A stretch of DNA of 64,000 bases, from NCBI GenBank assembly GCA_002245135.1, contig NGBS01000008.1:124001-188000 (forward strand). The letters are read 5' to 3'. A program made the translations under genes and the position numbers. The DNA comes from Proteromonas lacertae. Taxonomy: Eukaryota. Shown here one piece after another: positions 15,401-28,386 of this stretch. The notes below the pieces were generated by a model. The model was not told where the DNA came from. It was given only the letters and a program-made list of their open reading frames with translations, and did no database searches. Position 1 is the first letter of the stretch. Each line of letters begins with the position of its first letter.

Positions 15401-18400
15401 ATTTGGTATATATTTCAATGAGTTTATACCTGTATAACAATCATTAAAATGTCTTTCAATTCTTGGAGCATTATTACCATTTGATAATATATCTAATAAA
15501 GCTGGATTTGATACAAAGTAGAATCTTGGGAATATTTCTTTCTTTGTTTCTAAATATTCATCTAATGATTTCTGACATTTTTCTAAGTCTTTATATATAC
15601 TACTTAAAGTATCAAATAATCCTTCTTTTACACAAATGTTAATAACCAATGGAATACTATAACTATCTTCTAATATTGTTCTATATAGAGAATCTAAAGA
15701 TTTAAATCGTTTAGTATCACTTGGTAATTGTGTTTGTATATCAACTGAATGCATATATATATTTTCTAAAGATAACCACTTTGATTGAACTAAACCCCAT
15801 ATTCTAAATACACTTTCTACATCAGACAATAACTTAATCCATTTCTCTATTCTATCTTTAAAGAATTCTATATATTTACCCATTGAATTTATATTCTGTA
15901 ATTGTAATTGATGATCTTCTAGTGTTTCAATCAATTGATTTGATATATTGATTAGTTTCATATTCAAGTCAGTGTTATCAACATATTCTACATTTGTATT
16001 ATTCCACATATCTTCAATAATAGTTAATTTCTTATCAATCTTTTGTTCTCTTATTGACAATTCTACAGTCTCTTGTACATCTTCAATATGTTCATGTAAA
16101 TTCAACTTCAATACATCATTAAGACTGAAATCTGGTCCTTTATTGATTGGTTTGTGTGTAATATTGGATAATATTTTCCAATGTCTATCTTTCATTGAAT
16201 CATTATGTAAATCGTTGATTAATGGTAATGATAATGACATATTCCTTATGAAATCGTATAAATACACATAAATTGGCCAAGGATGAATGAATTTCGGTAA
16301 AGATAGTAATTGTTTGTTGAGTATCTTAATATCATTCAATAATACATCTGTATTGATTGTATTCCAGAGTGTATTTTTCCAATCAATGAATAAATAGTTA
16401 ATCATTGAATATAAATCCCATATTAACTTCAAATATATCAAATCTTGCTTAGATTCATATAATTCTATATATCTTGAAGGTTCTAAATCTAATAGATTCT
16501 CTAAATGATTCAATCTTAATCCTTCTTCAGTCATTTTTTGTAATTTATCTGCATAATTATCTAAGATCTTATAAGCTTGATCAGATTCATATCCTTCATT
16601 AGTATATGGACAATTCTTTTGCATTTCTGATCTAAATGATACAACAGACTCTTTAAATGCAGATACTTCTTTACGTATATTACTTGCCATATTATTTTGT
16701 AAAGGTAAAATAATTTCTTTCTTTTTGTAGGCTTTATCTACTACTTTATTCCAAAACACTGGGATTTGTTCTAAATAATCACTTACTGGTAAATTATCAA
16801 TTAATATATCTTCACATGTGATATTATATTTATTCAATAATTGGAAAACATCTTTAATTGGAGCAAACATGGATGTAATAAATTCATCATATTGTTTAAT
16901 ATCTTTAATATATTGTATACACAATTTCAAATCATCATCATCTCCTAATTGAATATCTTTATCTAATCCTTGGTGTAATTCATTTATCCAATTAGCAATT
17001 GTTTCTAATTCAAATTGTATTTCATTTTCTAAATAATTAGTATAAACGTATAACCATTTGTTGATTAAACTAGAAATTGCTTGTTTTAATGGCTGACAGT
17101 TTATTCTTAAAAATCCTTTATCTTCTACATTGTTAATCTCTTCAACTTGTAATAATAAATTCTTATAAAATGTGATTTTTTCATCAAATAAATTCAACTT
17201 TATTCTATAACTTATAAATTTACTTAATTTCGCATATATTTCTGATGGCTCTTCTACAGCAACTGGAGCATTATCATAATTTGTATTTACTGAAGTATTT
17301 GGCCTACTTCCAGATTGTGATGATGATGATTGTTGTTGTTGTAATTGTGATTGTTGTTGTGGAGATGGTAATAACAATGAATTTGTATTCTTTTCAGAAT
17401 CTTTTAATAATTGTTGAATAAACTTCTGGAATGTTTCATCAATATTATTCACCCAAATGTAAGAGTATTTATTGAATTGCGATTTATAAGTATCACATCT
17501 CTTCACCATTTGATTGAAATTATTATTGATTATATTCAATAAAGTATGGATCTTATCATGAGATTCAATTTCTTTAATATAATTAGCATCTGAACTTGTA
17601 TCTAATCTTTTAATTAAACTACTAATATGTATAAATCCATCTACCCATTGTGTTACACTATCTCTTATTCCATCTTTATTATTAGTTTCAATAATAGAAG
17701 GTACAAATTGAACTTCCTTTTCATATAAATCCATATCTATTTCTACAATTGGTAAACTAGTTGTTTTTCCTTTTGTATTATTAACACATTCTATTTGTCC
17801 ATTCAACATGTTCAAAGATGTACCAACACTGGTTATTATACCTTCAACCACTATATTGGATAAATAATCAATATAATTCTTCCATTCTGATAAACCTTGA
17901 GATATTTTCAACTTTCTCCATACATCTTTTACTAGGTTTTGTATTTTTTTACCTCCTTCTTTTATTACTTCATATTTCTTTTCCAATTGGCCTTTATATA
18001 ATTTATTAACAGTTTCTAAAGCTAATGGTTTAACATCTCTTTCGATTAATGGTTCATTCCAACTATCTAATATGGATCTTATTGCATTGAAATTATTTTT
18101 GATAGTTTGATAAATAGCATCACAATCTTTCACTATATTCATTGATTCATTGATATAATTCTCAATTCCATGTGATTTCCATGTCATATTAATAGAACCT
18201 GGTAATAATATCTTTTCCATTTTATTCAAATATCCCTGAACTAATGGTCTTTCTATATCCAATAATCCACTTTGTATTGTATTGTATAAGTTCATTATTA
18301 GCTCTAAATTACCTGTATATCTTCTATAGACTTCATTTTTTGAATATAATGTATTAGCAGTCTCTGGAATTTGTAAGTTTAATAATTTAAAGTATTTTAC

Positions 18401-20540
18401 TTCACGTAATAATCTTACTAAAGCTGGATCAAAATTAACAGCAATTCTGTTGTTTTCTCTATCCCATAGTAACAATGGTAACTTCAACTTCTCTTCAGAA
18501 ATATCTTCAATTGTATTTTCCCACTGATGTATTAAATTATTCTCATATTCCTTAATATTAGCGATTAATAAAGTATAAGATTTCATTATTTCTTTAGATT
18601 CTTCTTTTTCTAATAATTCACTACTTAATTGCCTTATTTCTTCCATTGGTTTAACTATTCTATCATATAAACTACGACTCCATATCAATGCACCAGCTAC
18701 AGGTGGAAGATTATTACCAATTGGTGGATCATTCTTATTATCTATAAATATTTGATTAATTATTTTCATATCTTCACTAAAATTGGTTAATAAAATTGAT
18801 TGTTCAGTTTTCATTTCTTCGTTGATGATTGGACGGTTTAACAAGCCTTCAAATCCAAATAATAATTTGAATTTTCCACTGAGTGTATAAGAATCTTCAA
18901 AACCTTGTGATATAATAGAAGATAATCTTCTTTCTAATTCTTTAATTTTATTTCTAAATTCAAAATATAAATCATCAAATTGTAAAGCATCAATATCTAA
19001 TAAATCATATTTAACAGCTTTCAATTGATCTACAGCAGTATTAAAATCAGAATATATCTGTAAAATGGATGTCGTTAAAGTTTTTCCTTTTGTTCCACCT
19101 ATTTCTATTTTGGATAATCTGTTGAACTGTATCATTGTTTCCGTTAATGTTAAAATATCGTGTGTTCTTTCTAAAAATGTGTCTAATCGTACAAATAATG
19201 CTTTATTTTCCATTTTCCATGGATTATTTTCTGATTCGTGGATTGATTTTGATTTATATTCGAAATATATTGATTTGAAATTACCACAGATTGATAAGAT
19301 AGAAGTTATTGATTTTATGGCTTTTTGAGATTCATCATTTTCTATCATTTTGAATAGTTCATCTGTTGTTAAGAAACTACAACTTTGCTTTATTAATGTA
19401 TTACACAATTTTCGAATCATTGTGATTAATCTGATAGGTTTGTTATAATATTTTGATTTTCTCCAGATTATAAGTAGTACATGATAAATTGGACGGAATA
19501 ATGTATTGATTTCACTGTAATTTGAACATCCTTGAAATTGTTCAAGCCAAGGCTCGAGTGGTTTTAAGTATAATGTGTTGTTATTGGCTTCATCTCGTGA
19601 TTGGAATATCTCTTTACATAATTTACTGAATGGTGTACTGTAGGTACTTCGATTATTATCCAAATACTTCAAAATCTTTCTAATTCTATCACTTTGTAGT
19701 TGTTGGTATATATAATTCAAATTATCAGCTTTCTTTCTCCAAAATTCTATTTCACTTAAAGGTGTGCTAACATCATTACTACCATTATTATTGTTATTAC
19801 TACCTGAATCAAACTTGGTTTGATCTGGATCTAATTTTAATACATCTTTAATCTGTCTACTCCAAATAATAATCACACCTTCTAGAATATGCAATCGATC
19901 CTTTTGATACTCTTCATCTGACATTAGACTAGTTTCTGGATTATTACTGCTATTATTATTAGCTATATCATCAGGTGGAAGTGGTAAGCAAGTCCTACCG
20001 TTAATGGATCCTTGCATAATCTGTATATCACTTAGATAATTGTATATTATGTTGTTATATTCTTTTACTGTTAAATCATTATAATCTCCGTGGTTGTGTA
20101 CACAGGTAAGTAGAGGAATATACACATTTTCTATTGTTTGCCTTAATATAATTATTGGATCATCTGCCAATACACCTGAAGTGATTAAAGTCTTCATATT
20201 CTCTTCGGATATTGTGTCTTTTTCTTTCTTTAGAAAGTAAATTGATCTATATTGATAGTTTTTGGGTGGACCTTTTGTAATTTGCAAATTTCCATTAACA
20301 TCAGTGACTGATATCATTAAAAGCTATAAATAATGAATAGATGAAGAAATACATCTCTATTATCTATAAAATCATCCATTACTGTTTGAAATGCTTCAGA
20401 TGCAATAAATTTCTTATATCTTTCAACTCTTATATTTCTAAATAAGTTTTGAATCTAAGATTTATAATCTGATCGAGTTATACCTGTTCTCCAAACCAGG
20501 CCTCTTTAGGTCCTAGTTCTACATCTTTTTGACTTCGCAT
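6410..20540 (-). CDS. Axonemal outer-arm dynein heavy chain, beta-type (ODA4/DNAH9/11/17-like)
   Basis: 4635-aa ORF with intact P-loops GPAGTGKT, GPAGSGKS, GPAGTGKT and GVGGSGKQ, CFDEFNR, stalk/MTBD and a full C-terminal domain (RGPTYIF...KWILGGV). Two short 5' exons start from the ATG at 20540. The subtype is assigned from remembered similarity. Confidence 0.92.
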
Positions 20541-20687
20541 TAATTTTCTAAAATCTCTATAATTTAAATGATTTGATTAAAATTGTTATTTTGTCGTTAT
20601 TTATTTCAAGCTTTTATTCAAGTTTCATGTCAATTTACTTTTGAATTTCATTGTTTTTCACAAAATATATCAAAAATATAATAATAA

Positions 20688-21702
20688 TTAATCAATATAT
20701 TGATCAACTGGTAGATCTTCAATATCAAAATCTTCTTTATTAATCGCTTTCAGTGGTTTTGAAGAATCAAAGTCTTTGGATGAAGAATTCCTTTTTAAAC
20801 TATCGTGATATTTCCAAGAATTGAATGGTTTTCTCAAATCAGCTATTGTTTTTGCTTGTCTAAATGAATTATAATAAATGTTAATTTACTTCAACAAATG
20901 AGAATTACCCTTTCTACCATGTTTAGATAGTAAATCATTCTATAATAGAAATAATATTTACATATAATACTTCACTGGATGACTTGATAAAATGATGATT
21001 ATGATGATAAACTTCATTTGGTGATCCTTCTTCTGGTAAACTTGGAATGATTGATTTTATATCAGAAATTGATTTAATAGTATGTTGAGAATCTCTTGCA
21101 CTTATTATTCCTTCTTCAATTTTTAACATAATATCTTAAGTAAGAATTAAAGAAAGAAATAAAATATATGAAAAATGTAATGAAAAAGATATTATATTTT
21201 CTTTTCCTTGAATTGTTTTGACTATATTTAGAATAGGCGATAAACTTGTATGCATGTAGTGATAATAATTTTCTAATCCATAAAGTGCCTAAATAGTGAT
21301 CATTAATTTTTATTACTTCAGCAATAATTCCATCAACATTTATATAATCAAATTCTTTAGAATTTTTACATTCCAAACATTTGTTTATTTCAGTAAATGA
21401 ATCATATAAATGTTTTGTCTTTATTTTGATTAATTCTGGAGAACAATTTGACCTAATGCATTTCAAAGCCTAATTAATTGAAAATTAGTATAAAAGAATA
21501 TATAACTTTCTTAATATTCTGGTACTTTGCATCATTCTTGTATAGATAAATTCCATCACTAAGAAAGCTATCCATTTCTTCTTCAATATCTGATGAATGA
21601 ATTAAATAAAAGATTAAAACCTTCACTTGATTGAATTATTTGCTCTAATGACTTTCCTATACTCTCTAACCTATTTAATTTGCTAATAAATTCACGGTTC
21701 AT
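20688..21702 (-). CDS. Hypothetical protein containing a U12-type AT-AG intron
   Basis: Exons from the ATG at 21702 join through GT-AG introns and the intron 21135-21192; stop at 20688-20690. Confidence 0.6.
21135..21192 (-). other. U12-type intron, AT-AG
   Basis: 5' ATATCTTTT, branch-like TTTCTTTAAT, 3' TTAAG. Only the AG end keeps the frame; the nearby AC end leads to TAA. Confidence 0.7.
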
Positions 21703-21765
21703 TATATATCGTGTTTTATTCAAAATAAATTTCACAAACATATTTCAAGCTTTTTTGAAATAGAA

Positions 21766-22804
21766 ATGGCAATTCCTGTATATCTAGTTGTTATATTTAT
21801 AATATAGATATTTTTTCAAATAGTTTATAAAACTCACTATGCATCATGTTGTTCTTGTTCATCATTTCTTTCTTTAGTTGGATTATTAGTTGTTATAATA
21901 ATGTCATTTGTTACTACCTATTATACTGGATGTATGATATATAATATTATAATGTTAATAGCATTTTGGATGATGGAATGGACTGGTTATGAAAAACCGA
22001 AGGTGTCTTATACGAATGAAGCCTTAATAATATTAGATGGGAATCTTAACAACAATCCTGGTGAATGGATTTGGAGTACAAACCAATATTTAAACAGTGA
22101 ATTAGGTGAAGGAACAGTTCAACCATTATCATTCGAATATAATGAAATCGACAATGATCATGATGGAATAAACGATGCCATTCAATTTTATATAAAAATC
22201 CCCTTACAAAGTAATCAAAAAATCTATTCAATTTCAATATATCCAGTATTTAGTTATAATTTAGAAACATATGCAAAATTATTAATAAATGGAATAGTTC
22301 CAATTAAATTATTTAACTCTGTACCTTGTTCAAAAGTGATAAGTTATGGTGAAATCAAACTACATCAACGAAATATCTTACCAAAATGGGCGAGTTTAAG
22401 AAAATACTATATAAATGATAAACTATTAAATTTCGATTCTTTTAAGTTAGAGGATTTAGATATAGAGAATATATTAAATCGATATTATAGTCGTAATTAC
22501 ACATTATATAATGATAATTTTGATTTTATTTGGAAACCTTATTTTAGTTCAAATGTGAATGAAAATACAATGATAATAAATTCGACATTTTATATTCCTT
22601 TACAACCAATTATGTATATATTTATTATATATATATTACATATTTAGATATGAACCTGATTTAGCTCAAATATTGAAGTTTGGTTGGATTCAATATTTGA
22701 GTATTTTTGTTGTGATTGGAATATTCATTTATTGTGTGTTATACTGTTTATTTACCAATCAATATTTTACAACTGATATAAAAGAGAAATATAAAAATGA
22801 TTAA
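21766..22804 (+). CDS. TMEM231: Ciliary transition-zone membrane protein TMEM231
   Basis: N-terminal TM followed by FW, a DNDHDGIND motif, an extracellular domain and the C-terminal YEPDLAQILKFGWIQYLSIF TM signature. Confidence 0.85.
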
Positions 22805-22936
22805 TTATAATAGAATATTTATTTATTTGATGTTTTTAAAATTTAAAATGAAAAATGTAAAATTTACATTAATTTACTAATTCCAATGTCAAAATCATTT
22901 TCAACCGAAATTTCTGTTTGATTTAATATTGGTTGA

Positions 22937-25900
22937 ATGAATAGTCTAACTAAGTATTTGTTAGCATTTTTGGGATGCTTGTTATGTGTGCTTGCAGTTT
23001 GTCCCAACAATTGTAGTAGTCATGGAAAGTGTGTTGATGGTAAGTGTGAGTGTTTTATTGATCCTGAGACTGGTGAAACTTACACTGGCAATGACTGTAG
23101 TGAACATAATTGTCCAAAGGGCAACCCTTTTTCAGCTGTAAGTTCTCCAACAGCTTCTGGTAGTGGTAGCAGTTATTCAAGTGGATCAAGACGTGAATTG
23201 AATGTAGTTGATGGCGTAAAAGAGAAAAGAAAGCTTGCAGAGCCAGCTGGAGTTGAGATTTCGTTAATTGAATCAGTAGATGGTAATACATTATGGAAAG
23301 TGAAAGGATTAGAGACATTTACTTCCGTAATGCCAAAATCAGGAGGAAAAATAACATGTGATTTTTATAAAGAAGGTGTAGATAAAGTAACAGAAAATGT
23401 TGATATTCGTGGATATACTGATGATTATGCCTATACATTATTCAAGAATCCTGTTACAAAGATAGGTGAAACTCCAAAGCAAGCAGGAAGAAGATTAGCA
23501 GATGATGAATATACTAAAGTAGTGTGTAATGAAATATTGTCTATGAGAGAAGATTTAGTTCATTATAATCTTAATGTTGAATTAACTGTTGCTGGTAGTG
23601 GTGGTGGTAATAGTGCTACTGTAGAAAGACAATTATTTAATAATAGTAGAAAATTGGAAGGTGAATTAACAATGACATGGAAGAATTATGGTCCAATATT
23701 ATATGATATGGGATTATTACCAACAAAAGAAATAATTACACCAAAACCAACACCAGAAAATCAAGGACAAGGAAATAAAGAAGATGAAACAAGAAGAAGA
23801 AGAGTAATGGAAGGTGAAAAAACAGTGTATAAGAATGATAAATTCAAATTTGGATGTTTTGATAAATCTGCTTCTAGTTTAGTAGATGCTGAGATTACAA
23901 TTGTTAATGATGTTACTGGTGTATATAATACTGAAGATAAAAATGTTGTATTTTCATTTACTGATAAAGGATTAGATGCTGGAAAATATTTATGTTATTG
24001 TTTAATGGATGGTGATGGAAATGTATTAGATATTACTGAAACTGATTTAAAGGATAATATAAGACCAAAAGAAAAAGGTAAAACAGATGTGTTTTTATTT
24101 GGTAAATATGCAACTTCTTCTTCAATTACTGATGAGTTGGAGAATAATCATTTATTGATAAAAACGAAAGGTATTACTAGTGGTGAAATTGATGGTGCAA
24201 GTGATTATGCTAAGAAAGAGTATTTTGCTAAAGATAGAGTAGTATATCTTACTCTATTAAATAGTGATTATATATTTGAAGAAAAGAGAGTTGTAATGGA
24301 AGATAATTATAAAATTCCAACAATAACTGGTACAGTATTTCCATATATAAGAACATATCCAATTGATCCTTCAAGTGAATTACCAACCCCAAAAGCTGTA
24401 TCAATACCTTCAACTCCTACATCTGCGCCTTACTTATACAAAATGTATTACTTTGCTGAGAGTGTAATATCTGGATTAGAAGAAGCTGGTGGAATAATAA
24501 AATGTTTAAAAAATGAAAAAGTTGAATTATTGGATGTGAAAGGATTAGTAAAAGATTATAATGTTATTGTTAGATATAGTTACATTGAATCTCAAGATGA
24601 AATAACTGATGCAAATATAATATTGTTAAACTGTTATGGAATAGAAACAAAAAGAAAAGATCTTTCATTAACAAATCCATCCACACTTAGTTTTACTCCT
24701 CCTCCTCCTAATAATAATAATAATAATAATAATCAAAATCGTAGATTTTTGACTGAAAATACTATTACCTGGAAAGGTTATGGTGAAATATTACCAGAGA
24801 TTAAAGTTGATGCAACTGATTCATCATTTGCTTGTTATTTACCATCAGATTTAACTCTACCAATACAAACTATATCAAGTACAATTACAAATGATAATAC
24901 TAATATAGTTTTTACAGTTACTACTACTCCTCTAACTGTATCTGGTGATTATATGTGTTATTTATTAGCTGATGTAAAAGGTAATAAAGTGGAGATTGAT
25001 AAATCAGATTTGTTTTCATTAATCAGAGTTGTGAAGAAAGAAGATCAAACAAATGAATATTATTTTGGTAAATATGAAGTTACTGATAAAGTAGAAATAA
25101 AAAAGGCAGATGATGGATCAGAAGTTATACCATTAGATGGTACAAAGAATAAAATAGAAAAAACTCAGATAGTTTTAACAACTATTCAAGAAGATGTTAA
25201 AGATAAAGTATTAAATAAAATAAAAGTAGGTAATAAATTTCAATTAAAATTACATAAAATCAATGCATTTCATATAGTTAAGATACACGAAATTACTATA
25301 ACCAAAGTTGAAACAGAAACTCAACCAGAAAGGTTATTAGCAGAAACTACAACAATTACATATGATAATCCAATTCCTGAAGGATATACATCTGATAATG
25401 TTCTTTATGATTCTGTACCAATTGTAAAGAAGAATATTGTAGTTAATCCAGTTAATCCTGGTGATGATAAGAGTTATTTATATCAATTGACTGATTTTAA
25501 TAGTGAATTAGTAAAAGATTTAAGTATATTAGGAGGAAAATTACAATGTAAATTGGTTAATACTAATGTTGAAAATAGTAAACCAATTAAAAATCCGATA
25601 AGTAGTATAGTTGATGTAAAAGGAGTAATTCATGAAACAAATAGTGGTTATTATCAATTCAATTATAAAATTGAAGATACACCTAATTCTTTACCAACTG
25701 ATAAAGGTGATCATTATTATGTTGATGATATTGTATGTAATAATATATTATCTACAAGAACTGATTTAACATATTGGAATCCAATTAAAATTGATGATAA
25801 ATTTGATAAAGTAATAACATGGATAGGATATGGAACAATTGCGACAAGTATAAAATATACGTTTACAGAAAACAAAGCTAAAATGGCTTGTTATAATCCA

Positions 25901-27049
25901 AATGATGTAAAGAATAAATTAATCACCACATATGATATTGATGCAAATATTAAAGATAAAGATTTAGAATTTACATTTGGCAAAGAAAATCCATCTGTAG
26001 GTAATATTTGTTATTTATTAGCTGATGAAAAAGGAGGTAAATTGGATATAGAAAATAGTGAATTATCTTCATCAATAAGTAAAGACAGTAAAGGTAATTA
26101 TTATTTTGGTGAATATGTTGATGAAAATAATAAAAAAGATGAAAGTAATGTAGTAGAAAAAGGAGGAATGACATCTGTAATTAATGCAGATGGAAGTGTT
26201 AAAAGTAAGATTAATATAGATTATATTATATTAAAACCTGAAGATAATGCTAATAATACTAAACTTGATTTAAGTCAAGCAAATAATGTTGAAAATCCTC
26301 AAATATTATTACCTCCTTCAATGATTGATATAAGTATTCAAAAAGTAATAACAAGTGGAACAATAATAAAAGTAACAATTTATTATAATGATGGTACTAA
26401 AGAAAAAAAGGATATTCAAATATTAAAAGTAGGAAAAGGTGAAAATAATAAATTTAGTTTAGAATTATCTGATGCTATACCATTAGAAATAGATTCCGGT
26501 GGAAGATTAAGATCATTAGTTCCAGTTGCAGATGTTTTATCAGTTGAAATAAAATGGTTAAGTGAAGGATCAACTCATGCTCCAATAGAATGTAGTGGTC
26601 AAGGAAGTTGTGATAGAACAAGTGGTGTATGTAAATGTTTTGATGGATTTAGTGGAAGTGCTTGTCAAAGATTAGATTGTCCAAATAACTGTAATGGAAA
26701 TGGTCGATGTGTTGCTTTGAGTGAATTATTATCAAATGAAGAATTGAGTAATGCATATGATGGATTTGGAAATAAACATGAAACTACATTAAGTCCTTCA
26801 GGTAGTGTTATATTTGATGATCAAATATTTGGTTGTTTATGTGATAAAAGACATCGTGGATATGATTGTAGTTTGATTGAATGTCCATCTGGTTTAGATC
26901 CAGAAGAAGCAACAAATGATGATTCAAAACAAGGAAGTGAATATAGAGATTGTAGTGGAAGAGGTATTTGTAACTACAATACAGGTGTTTGTGAATGTTT
27001 TGATGGATTTAGTGGAGAAGGATGTCAAAACATGGTTCAAATGATGTAA
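22937..27049 (+). CDS. Secreted EGF-like protein, Sig1/Ocm mastigoneme-like, with a large repeated insert
   Basis: Signal peptide, then CPNNCSSHGKC and CPKG. The C-terminus has ECSGQGSCDRTSGVCKCFDGFSGSACQR, CPNNCNGNGRC, CPSGLDP and DCSGRGICNYNTGVCECF. Intronless. Confidence 0.7.
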   Translation: MNSLTKYLLAFLGCLLCVLAVCPNNCSSHGKCVDGKCECFIDPETGETYTGNDCSEHNCPKGNPFSAVSSPTASGSGSSYSSGSRRELNVVDGVKEKRKLAEPAGVEISLIESVDGNTLWKVKGLETFTSVMPKSGGKITCDFYKEGVDKVTENVDIRGYTDDYAYTLFKNPVTKIGETPKQAGRRLADDEYTKVVCNEILSMREDLVHYNLNVELTVAGSGGGNSATVERQLFNNSRKLEGELTMTWKNYGPILYDMGLLPTKEIITPKPTPENQGQGNKEDETRRRRVMEGEKTVYKNDKFKFGCFDKSASSLVDAEITIVNDVTGVYNTEDKNVVFSFTDKGLDAGKYLCYCLMDGDGNVLDITETDLKDNIRPKEKGKTDVFLFGKYATSSSITDELENNHLLIKTKGITSGEIDGASDYAKKEYFAKDRVVYLTLLNSDYIFEEKRVVMEDNYKIPTITGTVFPYIRTYPIDPSSELPTPKAVSIPSTPTSAPYLYKMYYFAESVISGLEEAGGIIKCLKNEKVELLDVKGLVKDYNVIVRYSYIESQDEITDANIILLNCYGIETKRKDLSLTNPSTLSFTPPPPNNNNNNNNQNRRFLTENTITWKGYGEILPEIKVDATDSSFACYLPSDLTLPIQTISSTITNDNTNIVFTVTTTPLTVSGDYMCYLLADVKGNKVEIDKSDLFSLIRVVKKEDQTNEYYFGKYEVTDKVEIKKADDGSEVIPLDGTKNKIEKTQIVLTTIQEDVKDKVLNKIKVGNKFQLKLHKINAFHIVKIHEITITKVETETQPERLLAETTTITYDNPIPEGYTSDNVLYDSVPIVKKNIVVNPVNPGDDKSYLYQLTDFNSELVKDLSILGGKLQCKLVNTNVENSKPIKNPISSIVDVKGVIHETNSGYYQFNYKIEDTPNSLPTDKGDHYYVDDIVCNNILSTRTDLTYWNPIKIDDKFDKVITWIGYGTIATSIKYTFTENKAKMACYNPNDVKNKLITTYDIDANIKDKDLEFTFGKENPSVGNICYLLADEKGGKLDIENSELSSSISKDSKGNYYFGEYVDENNKKDESNVVEKGGMTSVINADGSVKSKINIDYIILKPEDNANNTKLDLSQANNVENPQILLPPSMIDISIQKVITSGTIIKVTIYYNDGTKEKKDIQILKVGKGENNKFSLELSDAIPLEIDSGGRLRSLVPVADVLSVEIKWLSEGSTHAPIECSGQGSCDRTSGVCKCFDGFSGSACQRLDCPNNCNGNGRCVALSELLSNEELSNAYDGFGNKHETTLSPSGSVIFDDQIFGCLCDKRHRGYDCSLIECPSGLDPEEATNDDSKQGSEYRDCSGRGICNYNTGVCECFDGFSGEGCQNMVQMM

Positions 27050-27186
27050 TATTCTATTATTACATTCATTTCATTCTTATTATTGAATTTTATTAATTGA
27101 TTAGCTCTTATACTATGTTAATCAATATAAAATGTTCATTTGGTTTAAATAACAAATAATAACACAAATATAAATTAATAATAACA

Positions 27187-28277
27187 TTAATTCGTTAATG
27201 ACCTTAATCCATTTTCATCAATCATATAACAAATTCCATTAAACATTCTCATTCCTTTCATTCCAGTCATCACATTATTTCCATCTATTTTATACATCTT
27301 TATTCGAATATTAATCATCTCACTCCAACTATCTCCTAATACACTCACATACTCATTATTATTATTATTATCTATTATTCGACTACTCAAATGATTTGTT
27401 GTGATTATTGTCATTTTATATTTTATACATAATTCATATAAATATAATCCAAAATTTGATAGTTTTTGAGCTCTATGAATTGTATCATTAATCTGTCGAC
27501 GATAATAATAACATATTGAATCAATTATTATTAATTTCACATTATTCTCTTTCATTATTTCGTTTATTATTTCTTCCATTTTATTCATTTCTTCATCGTA
27601 CATTATTCGAATAAATAATATTCTCTTCATTATTTCTTCTACACTTATATTTTCGATATTTAGTTTATTTAAATGATTATCTATTATCGAATATAATCGA
27701 AAGGGATTAAAACTACTTTCACTATCTATATAAAGCATTTTTTCATCACTTTTATTTATTATTGAATTGATTAAAAATGGAATTAATAATTCATAACATA
27801 AACTTGTTTTACCTACACCATTTAAACCACAGATTTCAAATATCTTACCTCGTCTTATTCCACCATTCAGAAATTCATTTATTGAATTATCATAAGTTTT
27901 TATATAATAATCATCTTTCTTTTCTTCTAATTCTAATTCTTTCAATATTTCTAAACCACTCATTTCATCACTCTCATTTAAACAACTTAGTTCATCTATT
28001 ATCACATATCTTATAACATTTATATTATTATACTCTTCACACTCTCAACTAATTCGTGGATGTTGTCAACTTTTTCATTTGTCACTATTTATTTTTATAT
28101 TCATTATATCATTAGATCATACATTCACTCAACTCACTTTCACTTACTAACAGAAGATCTTCTACACTTCTCAGTCCCAGTGAATCAAATTTATCTATTT
28201 TATTATACACACATCATCATACATCTCATATCATTTGGTAAATTCAAATAACTCAAATCAGTTTTTGAATAATTCAT
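27187..28277 (-). CDS. RAD51C: RAD51 paralog, RAD51C-like
   Basis: Walker A EICGLNGVGKT, YIDSESSF, Walker B LIIIDS and LGDSW. Three 5' GT-AG introns lead back to the ATG at 28277. The paralog assignment is tentative. Confidence 0.7.
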
Positions 28278-28286
28278 CTTTTATAG

Positions 28287-28299
28287 TTTTGGCGGGAAA
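28287..28299 (-). promoter_or_regulatory. E2F-like site upstream of RAD51C
   Basis: TTTTGGCGGGAAA on + (TTTCCCGCCAAAA on -), about 10 nt upstream of the ATG. Confidence 0.55.
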
Positions 28300-28386
28300 G
28301 CTTGATTTAGAGGTTTGCTCAAAACTATTTTGAAAATAATCGAATAAAACAACAACAACAAACAATTGTTTTTAATTATTATTTAA

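Noticed and set aside
6850..19328. Many plus-strand ORFs of 60-110 aa opposite the dynein, and similar antisense ORFs elsewhere
   Set aside because: They are shadows of codon bias on the antisense strand, with hydrophobic low-information translations.
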